Origin: an uncultured delta proteobacterium | GTDB taxonomy: Bacteria > Desulfobacterota > Zymogenia > Zymogenales > Zymogenaceae | NCBI GenBank assembly: GCA_963735595.1 | Contig: CAVTLK010000002.1 | Coordinates: forward strand, 160,001-224,000 | Direction: 5' to 3' | Length of the DNA: 64,000 nucleotides | Shown here: positions 24,630 through 34,098 of the stretch, one piece after another | How the letters are laid out: each line of letters opens with the position of its first letter | Numbering within the stretch: the first letter of the stretch is position 1 | Notes under the pieces: generated by a model | The model's input: only the letters and a program-made list of their open reading frames with translations | The model's database searches: none | What the model was told of the DNA's origin: nothing | Program-made: the position numbers and the translations under genes

Positions 24630-25094
24630 CTACCGGAGCGACCGCAACCGCTCCAGCACGTCCGCGGCATGGTTTTGCACGCTCACCTTGTCCCAGACAT
24701 CCTGCACCGTTCCCTCCGGATCGATGAGAAAGGTCGAGCGGATAGTCCCCTCATACTCTCTCCCGTAGAGCTTCTTCTTTCCCCAGACGCCCCATTCGGA
24801 GACCGCCCGGCGCTCCGTATCGGAAAGGAGCGTGATGGTCAGGGCGTGTTTTTTTATGAAGGCCCGGTGGCTGTCAGCCGAATCGACGCTCACACCGATG
24901 ATCTCGGCGTTCAGCGCCCTGAACTCGTCTTTAAGCCTGGAAAAGTCGGACGCCTCTATCGTGCATCCGCTGGTGTTATCCTTCGGATAGAAGTAGAGGA
25001 CTACCCACTTCCCACGAAGATCCGTGAGGCAGGTTTCTTTTTCGTCCGTATCGGGCAGGCACAGGTCAGGAGCTTTTTGTCCTGCGGTGATCAT
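24630..25094 (-). CDS. bcp: peroxiredoxin Q/BCP
   Basis: LYFYPKDNTSGCTIEA motif; the usual resolving Cys five residues downstream is Ser. Confidence 0.9.
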   Translation of the reverse strand: MITAGQKAPDLCLPDTDEKETCLTDLRGKWVVLYFYPKDNTSGCTIEASDFSRLKDEFRALNAEIIGVSVDSADSHRAFIKKHALTITLLSDTERRAVSEWGVWGKKKLYGREYEGTIRSTFLIDPEGTVQDVWDKVSVQNHAADVLERLRSLR

Positions 25095-25223
25095 TGTATC
25101 CTCCTTCGTTCGTCATCTCGGTCGTTACCCTCTCGTGTGTGTATCACCGATCTCTCTTACTATTAGATGACCAAACGGACCGCAGGTATCGCCCCGCGCC
25201 GGGAAATCTGCTATACTCATGCT

Positions 25224-26102
25224 ATGATTTGCAACCTCTGTCCCCATGAATGCGGCGTGGACCGATCGGTTACGCCCGGGCGGTGCGGCGCGCCGAACCG
25301 CCTGAAGGCGGCGCTGGCCCTCCCGTTTTTCTTCGAGGAGCCGCCGATAAGCGGGGTGCGGGGCAGCGGAGCCGTCTTCTTTTCCCACTGCAACCTTTCA
25401 TGCGCCTTCTGCCAGAACCACGAGATCTCGGCCGACGGTTTCGGCAAAGAGATCACGGGTGACGAGCTTGTCGCGATACTCTTACACCTCACAGAAAAGG
25501 GGGTCCATACCATCAACATGGTGTCGCCGACCCCGTATACCGACCTGGTTGCCGGTGTGCTCCGGGATGTCCGGGAAAAGCCGCTGCCGCCGGTGGTCTG
25601 GAACTCCAACGGCTACGAGAAACCGGAGACCCTGGCGATGCTGGAAGGGCTGGTCGACGTCTACCTGCCCGATCTGAAATACACGAGCGAGGCGGCGGCC
25701 CTGCGCTGTTCGGGTGCGCCGGATTACCCGGCGGCCGCCGCGGCGGCGATCGGGGAGATGAAGCGGCAGGCCGGTGATTTAGTCCTCGATGAGGACGGCG
25801 TGGCCGTACGGGGGACCATGATCCGCCACCTGGTGCTGCCGGGGATGATCGACGAGTCCAAACGGGTCCTCCTGTGGATAGCCGAACACCTCGGCCCCCA
25901 GACGCACATCAGCCTCATGTCGCAGTACTATCCGGCCCACCGGGCGCGGCTTATAGCCGGACTCGATCGGCCGGTCTCTAACGCCGAGTATGAAGAGGTC
26001 TGCCGATATGCTGTTGCGCTTGGTTTTGAGAACGGCTGGTTCCAGGAAGAAGGGTCGCCGGACCCGGAATTCACTCCCCGGTTCGACCTGCGCGGCGTAT
26101 AG
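25224..26102 (+). CDS. PflX-like radical SAM protein
   Basis: N-terminal CNLCPHECGVDR, CNLSCAFCQN (CxxxCxxC), VDVYLPDLKY and IRHLVLPG motifs; start chosen at MICNL (could be 25167/25218). Confidence 0.85.
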   Translation: MICNLCPHECGVDRSVTPGRCGAPNRLKAALALPFFFEEPPISGVRGSGAVFFSHCNLSCAFCQNHEISADGFGKEITGDELVAILLHLTEKGVHTINMVSPTPYTDLVAGVLRDVREKPLPPVVWNSNGYEKPETLAMLEGLVDVYLPDLKYTSEAAALRCSGAPDYPAAAAAAIGEMKRQAGDLVLDEDGVAVRGTMIRHLVLPGMIDESKRVLLWIAEHLGPQTHISLMSQYYPAHRARLIAGLDRPVSNAEYEEVCRYAVALGFENGWFQEEGSPDPEFTPRFDLRGV

Positions 26103-26116
26103 CGAACGAGGGGGGA

Positions 26117-26758
26117 TCAGACGGCCAGGGCGGCCATGATACGGGCGGTCACCTGATCGGGGACGGCCGCTCCGTCGACCTCGCGGAGCTTGCCGGCATT
26201 TCGATAATAGTCGACGAGCGGGAGGGTCTCCCTGGCGTATTCGTCCATTCGTACCCGCACCTTTGGTTTCTCGTCGTCGGGCCGGGTGAAGAGGGCGCCG
26301 CTGCAAAGATCGCAGGTGCCCGGTATTTTCGGCGGTGCGTCGGTGCTGTGGTAGATCGCCCCGCACGAGCAGGACAGACGCCCCGAGATCCGGCGAATGA
26401 CCTCATCGGTACTAACCGAGATATAGACCACCGCGTCGGGAAGCCCCAGGCCTGTCAGCATTTGAGCCTGCGGGAGTGTTCGCGGGAAACCGTCCAGGAC
26501 GCAGTGCTTACCTTCCGCAGACAGCACCGCAAGGCGATCCCTCACCATGTCGGTGACCAAATGCGTTGGGCCGAGCTCTCCCTTTGCGGTTGCTTCCTGG
26601 AAGGCCATGCCGATTTTCGTTTTCCCGCGGATGTTTTCCCGGATGATGTCGCCCGATGAGAGATGAACAAGCCCCAGCCGCTCTGCAAGAATCCGAGCCT
26701 GGGTCCCCTTACCGCATCCGGGCGGGCCCATGAGGGCGATGGTGGAAGGATGATTCAT
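26117..26758 (-). CDS. adk: adenylate kinase (Zn-lid type)
   Basis: P-loop GPPGCGKGTQ, LDGFPRT, lid CSCG...CDLC, RPDD. Confidence 0.92.
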   Translation of the reverse strand: MNHPSTIALMGPPGCGKGTQARILAERLGLVHLSSGDIIRENIRGKTKIGMAFQEATAKGELGPTHLVTDMVRDRLAVLSAEGKHCVLDGFPRTLPQAQMLTGLGLPDAVVYISVSTDEVIRRISGRLSCSCGAIYHSTDAPPKIPGTCDLCSGALFTRPDDEKPKVRVRMDEYARETLPLVDYYRNAGKLREVDGAAVPDQVTARIMAALAV

Positions 26759-26896
26759 CTCGGCGCTTTCTCCCGGTTATCTTTTATTTCTCTTTGGACA
26801 GAGTTTCCGGCATGAACATGGCCTGTTCATCAATGCCAATAGGCATGCCGGTATGAAATAATTGACCCCGGCCCTATAGGCGACGGCCCGCGGGTA

Positions 26897-27820
26897 CTAA
26901 AAATTATAGGCGGTTAGGAACGCCCTCAGGGACCGCTCGTATTCGGACCGCATCTCCCGGAACCCCCGATGGTGTCCGAGACCCTCAAAGATGAGCGACT
27001 CCTTTGGGCCGCTATAGGCATCCAGCAGTCGTTTCTGGTCATCGAACGGCACGACCTCATCCCCGGAGCACATGATGTACAGGACTGGGGTCGAAAGGTC
27101 CGCCGTATGGGCTATCGGGTTTGCATCCTCAAAATCCGCGCCGCTTCTCAGGCCGGCCAGGACAAGCGCGCCGGGAAGTAGAAACGGCGTCGCACCCCCG
27201 ACGACCTTCTCAGAATTAGTACGGATGCTGTTCGGAACATCGGCAATGCCCGAATCGAAGACAAGCAGATCCAGTGATGAGGGATCTGACTTCGCGGCCT
27301 CCATCGCTGCCAGGTAAGCGGCGGTCGCCCCCATGGATAGTGCTAAGCACCCAACCTTCTTTTCCGGACCAATTCCCTTTTCGGCGAGGAAGTCCAGCGC
27401 CCCCAGGATGTCGTTTCGCTCCTTGTCTCCAAAGGTTACGAAGGCCGGGGTGCTCTCACCGTGTCCCCTCAAGTCCAGCATGAGGACCGATATCCCTCGA
27501 TCGACAAACAGGGGTGCATAACCCACCAGCGCCTTCTTATTCGTGCCGCGTCCGTGGACGAGGACAAAGGCGCGGTCTGCGCCGGGGACCTCGATCCACC
27601 ACCCGGAAAGGGTAATGTCGCCGTCCCGGGACGGAAATGTAACTGATTCGACCTCCAACCCCACTTCCGCGGGGATAATCGGACCGTACTCCGCCTTCAA
27701 CTCCTCGTCGGTAAGGAGGGACGGAAAGAGGAGCTGATTGGAAAAGTAATAGGATATGCCAAGGTACGCGCCGACGATAACCAGCGCCAGTATCACGAGG
27801 GGCAGAATGATTTTTTTCAT
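26897..27820 (-). CDS. membrane-anchored alpha/beta hydrolase
   Basis: N-terminal TM helix, VHG oxyanion motif, DLRGHGES, nucleophile ALSMG, Asp (DEVVP) and His (GHH). Confidence 0.85.
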   Translation of the reverse strand: MKKIILPLVILALVIVGAYLGISYYFSNQLLFPSLLTDEELKAEYGPIIPAEVGLEVESVTFPSRDGDITLSGWWIEVPGADRAFVLVHGRGTNKKALVGYAPLFVDRGISVLMLDLRGHGESTPAFVTFGDKERNDILGALDFLAEKGIGPEKKVGCLALSMGATAAYLAAMEAAKSDPSSLDLLVFDSGIADVPNSIRTNSEKVVGGATPFLLPGALVLAGLRSGADFEDANPIAHTADLSTPVLYIMCSGDEVVPFDDQKRLLDAYSGPKESLIFEGLGHHRGFREMRSEYERSLRAFLTAYNF

Positions 27821-27822
27821 GG

Positions 27823-28017
27823 TTATACGGCCTTCTCATAGACCCGAACACCATAGACCTTCTCATACGCCCGGCAGTAGGGGCAGAAAAGGCGCTCTAT
27901 CTTCATCAGCTGGTACATCAGACCCCTGCCCTTTTGGCGGCCCTTAGTGCAACCGGGGCATTGGTCGCGGCAGAAGGCGGCGTTCTTGAGGGTCTTTGCG
28001 TCGAATTTCTTTTTCAC
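27823..28017 (-). CDS. small basic Cys-rich hypothetical protein (64 aa)
   Basis: GGAG RBS before a GTG start, CRDQCPGC...CPYC, 2 nt from the hydrolase start. Confidence 0.7.
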   Translation of the reverse strand: MKKKFDAKTLKNAAFCRDQCPGCTKGRQKGRGLMYQLMKIERLFCPYCRAYEKVYGVRVYEKAV

Positions 28018-28174
28018 GGCAACGGCTCCTTTGAAATTTCGCCAATCCTATCATGCCGGCGTGCCGTTTTCAATTATAAAAAAGATATTGCAGTTGTCCG
28101 AACGTGCCCGATCCGGATTTGATGAGCGTTATGGGATTGTTAGAGGAGAAGAAGCAGGCAAAACTGACGGTAGA

Positions 28175-28290
28175 AAAGGGAAACCCCCATCGTTTTCGAG
28201 CTGTAGTCTCGTGAGGTCAGGTCCGGTCCGGTTTGAGACTTTTTCTGTTCCGCTTCCAGTTGTACCGATGGGGGTGAGGGTTCTTATCTT
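28175..28290 (-). ncRNA. candidate small structured RNA
   Basis: Own promoter; 10-bp closing stem (28183-28192/28266-28275); inner stem (28205-28210/28235-28240); U-rich tail; no plausible ORF. Confidence 0.4.
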
Positions 28291-28298
28291 TTGATCGT

Positions 28299-28326
28299 AG
28301 TATAGCATCCCCAAAAAGGATGTCAA
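28299..28326 (-). promoter_or_regulatory. sigma70 promoter with extended -10
   Basis: Minus strand TTGACA-16 nt-TATACT with TG at the extended -10 position. Confidence 0.7.
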
Positions 28327-28334
28327 GAAAAAAA

Positions 28335-28352
28335 TGAATGAGTACCCATTCA
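28335..28352. promoter_or_regulatory. TetR/FadR(YsiA)-like operator palindrome
   Basis: TGAATGAGTACCCATTCA, one mismatch from the TGAATGAnTAnTCATTCA box of Bacillus FadR/YsiA as I recall it. Confidence 0.55.
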
Positions 28353-28572
28353 GGAGCGATTTTTTTTGACGCCTTTGACTAAATGCGCGCACGGTTTGAA
28401 AAAAGCGGGGGAAAGGTCGTCATGCGGACGGGGGATCTCCTGGGGTGGTAACCCGCTTGGGACCGGGCGAGGCGTCACCGCGAAGCACGGGGGCGGCGGC
28501 GAAGCGCCTACAACCCGAATCGGAGACGAGGCGTGCCCCGGACAATTTTGAAACGCGTATTCACTATTTTTC

Positions 28573-28631
28573 TTGACGATTGTCTGTTGATTCGATAAAA
28601 TAGACAAATTAGGGTAAATGTCTAATTGTCT
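28573..28631 (+). promoter_or_regulatory. sigma70 promoter with overlapping inverted-repeat operator for the TetR-RND operon
   Basis: TTGACG-17-TAAAAT (28573-28601); TAGACA-12-TGTCTA (28601-28624) over the transcription start. Confidence 0.65.
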
Positions 28632-28666
28632 TACGGGAAACAAGGCGACAGCGACAACGGTTTTCG

Positions 28667-29299
28667 ATGAAAGACAGGACCAAAAATATAATCCTCGACG
28701 TGTCAAAGCGCCTCTTCGCCGAACGCGGTCTGGATAAGACGAAGGTTGAGGATATCGTCCAGGAGGGCCGGATATCAAGGGCGACGTTCTACAACTATTT
28801 CCACAATAAGGAGGAAATCTTCTTCTATCTTATCGAGGCGGAGATCAACCAAATACAGACGGACGCAGACAGAGGGATCGAAGCGGAAACCGATCCTTAC
28901 CGAAAGATAAAGATTTACTGCTTGAAGGTCATCCTCGGTGCGCGGGAAATGACCCGGCTCCTGGGCTTAAACGGCGAGGGATTTGAGACACTACCTCCTG
29001 CGCCGAAGAAGATGGTCGAGACGAGCTACCAGAGGAGTATCGCCACCATTACGAAGATCCTCAATAGCGGGGTTGAGACCGGTGCCTTTATCATATCAAA
29101 TACCGAGCTGACCGCACATATCATCCTCAGTGCCCTGGAAATCTATATCAACCCGAGCAAGCTGGGCGGCATCCGGGAAGAGTCCATCGAGGACCAACTC
29201 GATGAGCTCATGGAGGTGCTCTTTTACGGTTTCTCGAAGAAGGAGAAGGCGGAATCCGGCCGGGCGGTTGAAAAAGGTGGGAAGACCAGGACGGGGTAA
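28667..29299 (+). CDS. TetR/AcrR-family regulator
   Basis: N-terminal HTH (LFAERGLDKTKVEDIVQEGRISRATFYNYFHNKEEIF). Confidence 0.93.
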   Translation: MKDRTKNIILDVSKRLFAERGLDKTKVEDIVQEGRISRATFYNYFHNKEEIFFYLIEAEINQIQTDADRGIEAETDPYRKIKIYCLKVILGAREMTRLLGLNGEGFETLPPAPKKMVETSYQRSIATITKILNSGVETGAFIISNTELTAHIILSALEIYINPSKLGGIREESIEDQLDELMEVLFYGFSKKEKAESGRAVEKGGKTRTG

Positions 29300-29428
29300 G
29301 TCCCCGTAAGGACAACAGACGGCTGGAGCCCGCATGATTAATAGCGGGCCGCTTCCCGAGTACGTACGAGCAAGAGATACAAGTATCGGATATATGGAAT
29401 AAATTCCCCAGATTTGTGGAGTCAGAAA

Positions 29429-30526
29429 ATGAAGATCCCGTGGCGTTTTACCAGAAAACAAACGATCATAGGCGTATGTTGCCTTCTGGTCGTATTTTTT
29501 ATTACCGCCAGGATCTACGGCTATATCGTCAAGGAGCCGGTCGTTTCGCTGGAAGAGATCTATAGGACCGAGGGTATCCCGGTTGAGGTGGCCGACGTCT
29601 CCCGAGGGCAGATGGATATCTGGAAGACCTATTCCGGGGAGCTCAAGGGAATCCTGCAGGCGGAGCTTACCTCCAACCTGAGCACACGCGTGATCAAGCT
29701 CCTCCATACGGTCGGCGATCCGGTGAAGAAGGGGGATATCATCATGAAGATAGACCCGAGTGATCCCTCCAGTATGACGGTCAATTTCCGACAGGACCAG
29801 GAGCTCTACCTGAAATCCCTTCGTGATTTCGAGCGGATGAAGATCCTCTATGAGGCGGGGGCCGTGTCCAAACAGGATTTCGAGAACGCCAGGACCGCCT
29901 ACGATATCGCGTTGTCAGATTTCAACGCATCTAAAGAATCGGTGGAGATCCCCGCCCCATTTGACGGGACGTTGACCGATATCAACGTCAACGAAGGCGA
30001 CCGCATTTCCACCGGGATGGTGCTCGGCACGGTGGCGGTCACCGACCGGATGCGGGTGGACCTCACGCTGTCGGAGGAAAAGGCGCGAATGATCGCCAAG
30101 GGGCAGCCGGCGCGCATTACCGTGCCGTCTCCCTCCGGCAGGGACGTCACGGTATCGGGCACGGTGGAGTCCGTGTCGCTTTCGGCCGATCCGGTAGCCG
30201 GGCTCTTCGGCGTCAGGGTCTCCTTCGACAACCCGGACGGCATCCTGATCCCCGGTACCGTCACCAGGGTCCAGATCCTCGTCTTCTCGGCCCCCGACGC
30301 CCTGGTCATCCCGGCATCAGCCCTGATAACCGAGGGCGATAATAGTTTTGTCTGGGTCGTGGATACAAAAAAGATCGCTACAAAACGTAAGACCACCATA
30401 GGCTGGCAGGGTGATGAATCCGTCGAGATCGTTGCCGGCGTTAACGTGGGCGACCGGATTGTCAGCAAGGGGCAGAACAGGCTGACCGATAACGCGCTCG
30501 TCAAAATCCTCAACCCGGAGAAATAG
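29429..30526 (+). CDS. RND efflux periplasmic adaptor (MFP)
   Basis: N-terminal TM, lipoyl halves (VGDPVKKG; APFDG...VNEGD), hairpin with LYEAGAVS. Confidence 0.9.
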   Translation: MKIPWRFTRKQTIIGVCCLLVVFFITARIYGYIVKEPVVSLEEIYRTEGIPVEVADVSRGQMDIWKTYSGELKGILQAELTSNLSTRVIKLLHTVGDPVKKGDIIMKIDPSDPSSMTVNFRQDQELYLKSLRDFERMKILYEAGAVSKQDFENARTAYDIALSDFNASKESVEIPAPFDGTLTDINVNEGDRISTGMVLGTVAVTDRMRVDLTLSEEKARMIAKGQPARITVPSPSGRDVTVSGTVESVSLSADPVAGLFGVRVSFDNPDGILIPGTVTRVQILVFSAPDALVIPASALITEGDNSFVWVVDTKKIATKRKTTIGWQGDESVEIVAGVNVGDRIVSKGQNRLTDNALVKILNPEK

Positions 30527-30528
30527 CA

Positions 30529-33500
30529 ATGAACCTCATCGAGATTTCCGTCAAGCGCCCGGTCCTCACCGTTATGCTCATCACGGTTCTCGTGGTCATC
30601 GGCATTTTTTCCTTCACGCGCCTGACCATCGACCTCTTTCCGAAGGTCGATATTCCCGTGGTCACCATCAGCACCATCTACGAGGGAGCCGGTCCTAAAG
30701 AGGTGGAAAGCCAGGTGACCGAGAAGATCGAGGACGAGGTATCCACCGTCAGCAACGTCAAGTCCATCAGCTCCACGTCAATGGAGTATGTTTCGTACGT
30801 TATCGTCGAGTTTGAGGTGGGAACCGACGTTGATATGGCCGCGATAGAGGTTAAGGACAAAGTAGACGCCATCCTTGGTTCCCTGCCGGAAGACGTCGAC
30901 CGCCCCAAGATCGTCAAATTTGATATTAACGCCCTGCCAATCATGAACCTGTCGCTTTCGGCCGACCGCCCCCTCAACGAGGTCTATGACATAGGTGATA
31001 ACCAGGTCAGGGACCGGCTCAACCGGATCGACGGGCTGGCGTCTATCGAGATCGTCGGGGGACTAAAACGGGAAATCCAGGTGAACGTCAGCAAGGAGGC
31101 GTTGATCCGTTACGGGCTTTCCGTTACTGACGTGGCGGCAGTCATCGGTGCTGAAAACGTGAACGTACCCGTAGGGCGCCTGACACAAAACCAGGACGAA
31201 TATACCCTCCGGGTCCAGGGAGAGTTCTCCTCCCTTGCGGAACTGGCCGCCGCCACTATCACCACGCCGGCCGGCGGCACGGTGACGATCGGGGATATCG
31301 CCCGGGTCGAGGATTCTTTCGAGGAGCGGCGGGACTCGGCAACTTTCAACGGAAAGCCGTCGGTCGGCCTTATCGTCTACAAGCGCTCCGACGCCAACAC
31401 CGTCGAGGTCGCCACGGAGATATATAAGGCCATCGGCGACCTGGGCACGATATTGCCGGAGGGCTACGAGATAGGCATCGCCCGGGATACCTCGGCGTTT
31501 ATCGTCTCTTCGGTCAGAGACGTCATCAGTAACATTATCCTCGGCATCCTGATAACCGCGTTCTTCCTTTACATCTTCCTCCACGATTTCAGGTTTACTA
31601 TAATCGCCTCGCTCACGATCCCCGCGTCAATCATCGCTACTTTCATACTGATCTATGCCGCGGATTTTACCCTCAATATTATGAGCCTCATGGCCCTCGG
31701 TATCTCCATCGGGACACTGGTTACCAACTCGCTCCTTGTGTTGGAGAATATCGACCGCCACATTGCCCTGGGGGTGGAGCCCGTGGCTGCCGCGAACAAA
31801 GGGGCATCCGAGATCGCGCTGGCGGTGTCGGCCTCGGCGTTGACCAATGTCGTGGTCTTTACTCCGATCGCCTATATGCAGGGGATCATCGGGCAGTTCT
31901 TCAAGCAGTTCGGCATGACGGTCGTTTTTGCCACGGTCATCTCTCTGTTCATTTCGTTTACCCTGACCCCGATGCTTGCCGCAAAGTTCCTCGGCCCTAA
32001 AAAGGATACGGCTGGCGGGAGGCTATCTCGGATGAAGTACGTCCGTCGGTACCGGGAGTTTATCACGAAGTTCTTTGAGCGTTGGGAGAGCGGCTTCGAG
32101 AAAATCAACATGTCATACAAAAGGGCCCTCCTCTGGTGCCTCGATAACGGGAAGAAGACGGCGCTTGCCGCCGGAGTGCTTTTCATACTGTCTTTCTTCC
32201 TTCTTTCCCTGGTGGGCGGTGAGTTCACCCCCTATACCGACCAGGGATACGTCAGCGTCCTGGTGGCCATGCCGCCCCAATCCACTATCGAGGAAACCGA
32301 GGAGGTAATGGCGCGGATACGTGACATCGCGGTACAGCACCCCGAGGTGGTATCGGCCTTCACGTCGATAGGAGGCGAGAACCGGGGGATCAACGAGGGG
32401 GAGTTGATCCTAAAGCTTGTACCCCTTTCCGATAGGGACATGATAACCCGGGATTTCGTTAATACTATTCGGCCTGAGTTTTCCTCAATCCCATCGGCAG
32501 AAATATTCGTCCGCGGAGACCTCCAGTGGACCGGAATCGACCTCAGATATCACCGTAGAGGTGACCGGCCCGGATCTCGAAATTCTTCGAAAACTCTCGG
32601 GTGAAATGACGGCCTTCATGGCCGGAACCAGCGGCCTTGTCGACGTGGATACTTCCGAGCAGGACCCCAAACCGGAGATCCGTTTTATCGCCGACCGATA
32701 CCGGATCGCTTCGCTCGGCATCACCAGCCACGCTGTCTATTCGGCCCTCCGTGCGTCTTTCGAGGGAGAAATCCCCTCAGTCTTCAGGGAAAATGGACAG
32801 GAATACGACATCCGCGTACGGCTTGCCGGTATCGACCGTCAGGACAAGGACTCGTTTTCCGAGGTGATGATCGGGACTCCGACCGGTGTCGTTCCGGTCA
32901 GCCGCCTGGGTGACGTCGTTTCGGCGGCGGGGGAATCGGAGATAAAGCGAAAGAACCGAACCCGGCTCATCGAGGTCACGGCGAACATCGGCTCGGGAAC
33001 GCTCTCCGAATTCGAATCGGCGATCAAGGCAAAGCGCGACGGGATGGAACTTCCCGATGGGTACAATGTCGCGCTGGGCGGGGAGAGCGAAAACAAGGCC
33101 GAGGCCTTCGGCTCTCTTTTCCAGGCCCTCTTCATGGCCATCATCCTCACCTATATCGTGCTGGCGGCCATGCTCGAATCTTACGTACACCCGGTTACTA
33201 TTATGACCACGCTCCCCCTGGGGTTGGTCGGCGTATCCGTAGGCCTCTTCATCGGCAAACAGACCATCAACATCATGTCGCTGATGGCCGTCGTCATGCT
33301 GGTGGGTATCGTCGTCAATAACGCCATTCTCGTACTCGATTACACCAATGTTCTCAGGAACGAGGGAAAGCGCCGGAGGGAAGCGCTCGTTGAGGCCTGT
33401 TATACGCGGTTTCGCCCCATCGCCATGATGAACCTCGCGATCGCCCTGGCGATCGTCCCCCAGGTCACGGGCAACGCGGAGTCAGGCTTCCAAAAGGCGA

Positions 33501-33619
33501 TGGGCGTTGCCACCATCGGCGGTATCCTGGTCTCTACGATCTTTACCCTCTTCCTGATCCCGGTCATATACGAATATTTCGACCGGTTCACCACGCAGGG
33601 GAGGCTGGAAAGGGGGTAA
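30529..33619 (+). CDS. RND permease (AcrB/SwrC-like), one frameshift near 32512
   Basis: SVKRPV start, 12-TM layout; ORF 30529-32604 joins 32561-33619 (ITVEVTGPDL) after a -1 indel. Confidence 0.88.
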
Positions 33620-33682
33620 AAACAGCCCGATCGAAGGTACTGTGGGACCTATTCCGCTTAAAACCTATATACGGAGGTCGAT

Positions 33683-33967
33683 ATGCTGTCGAAGATTCCC
33701 ATTGAGATTAGTAAGATAGCCGCCGGGGACGTTGACTGTGAGATTCTCCGGGCCGGCATTATTGCGGAGCTTGACGCGATAAACCTCTACGAGCAGATGG
33801 CGGCATTAGCCAAAAGCACCGACATCAAGCGGGTCCTCCTGGACATCGCGAAGGAAGAAAAAGAGCACGTCGGGGAATTCCTCACCCTTCTCCTGGAATC
33901 CGACAAGGAGCAGGCACACGAGCTTGAGGAGGGAAAAGAGGAAGTAAAGGAGCTCCTGGGAAAATAA
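33683..33967 (+). CDS. ferritin-like protein (EncFtn/Flp type)
   Basis: ILRAGIIAELDAINLYEQMA...EEKEHVGEF ferroxidase motif; GGAGG RBS. Confidence 0.88.
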   Translation: MLSKIPIEISKIAAGDVDCEILRAGIIAELDAINLYEQMAALAKSTDIKRVLLDIAKEEKEHVGEFLTLLLESDKEQAHELEEGKEEVKELLGK

Positions 33968-34098
33968 TCAGCGCGTCTCCGGTCAGGTCGGCCCGTTACT
34001 GCGGGCCATGACGAGACAAAACCGGGGAACTGCTTACCGGGAAAGCTTCCGCCGTTGGCCGCTTTTTTGCTCGGCGGCTCATGAATGGAGAGACTGCA

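Noticed and set aside
28214..28234. SRP (4.5S) RNA suggested by GGTCAGGTCCGG
   Set aside because: The required GAAGGAAGCAGC continuation is absent and the promoter points the other way.
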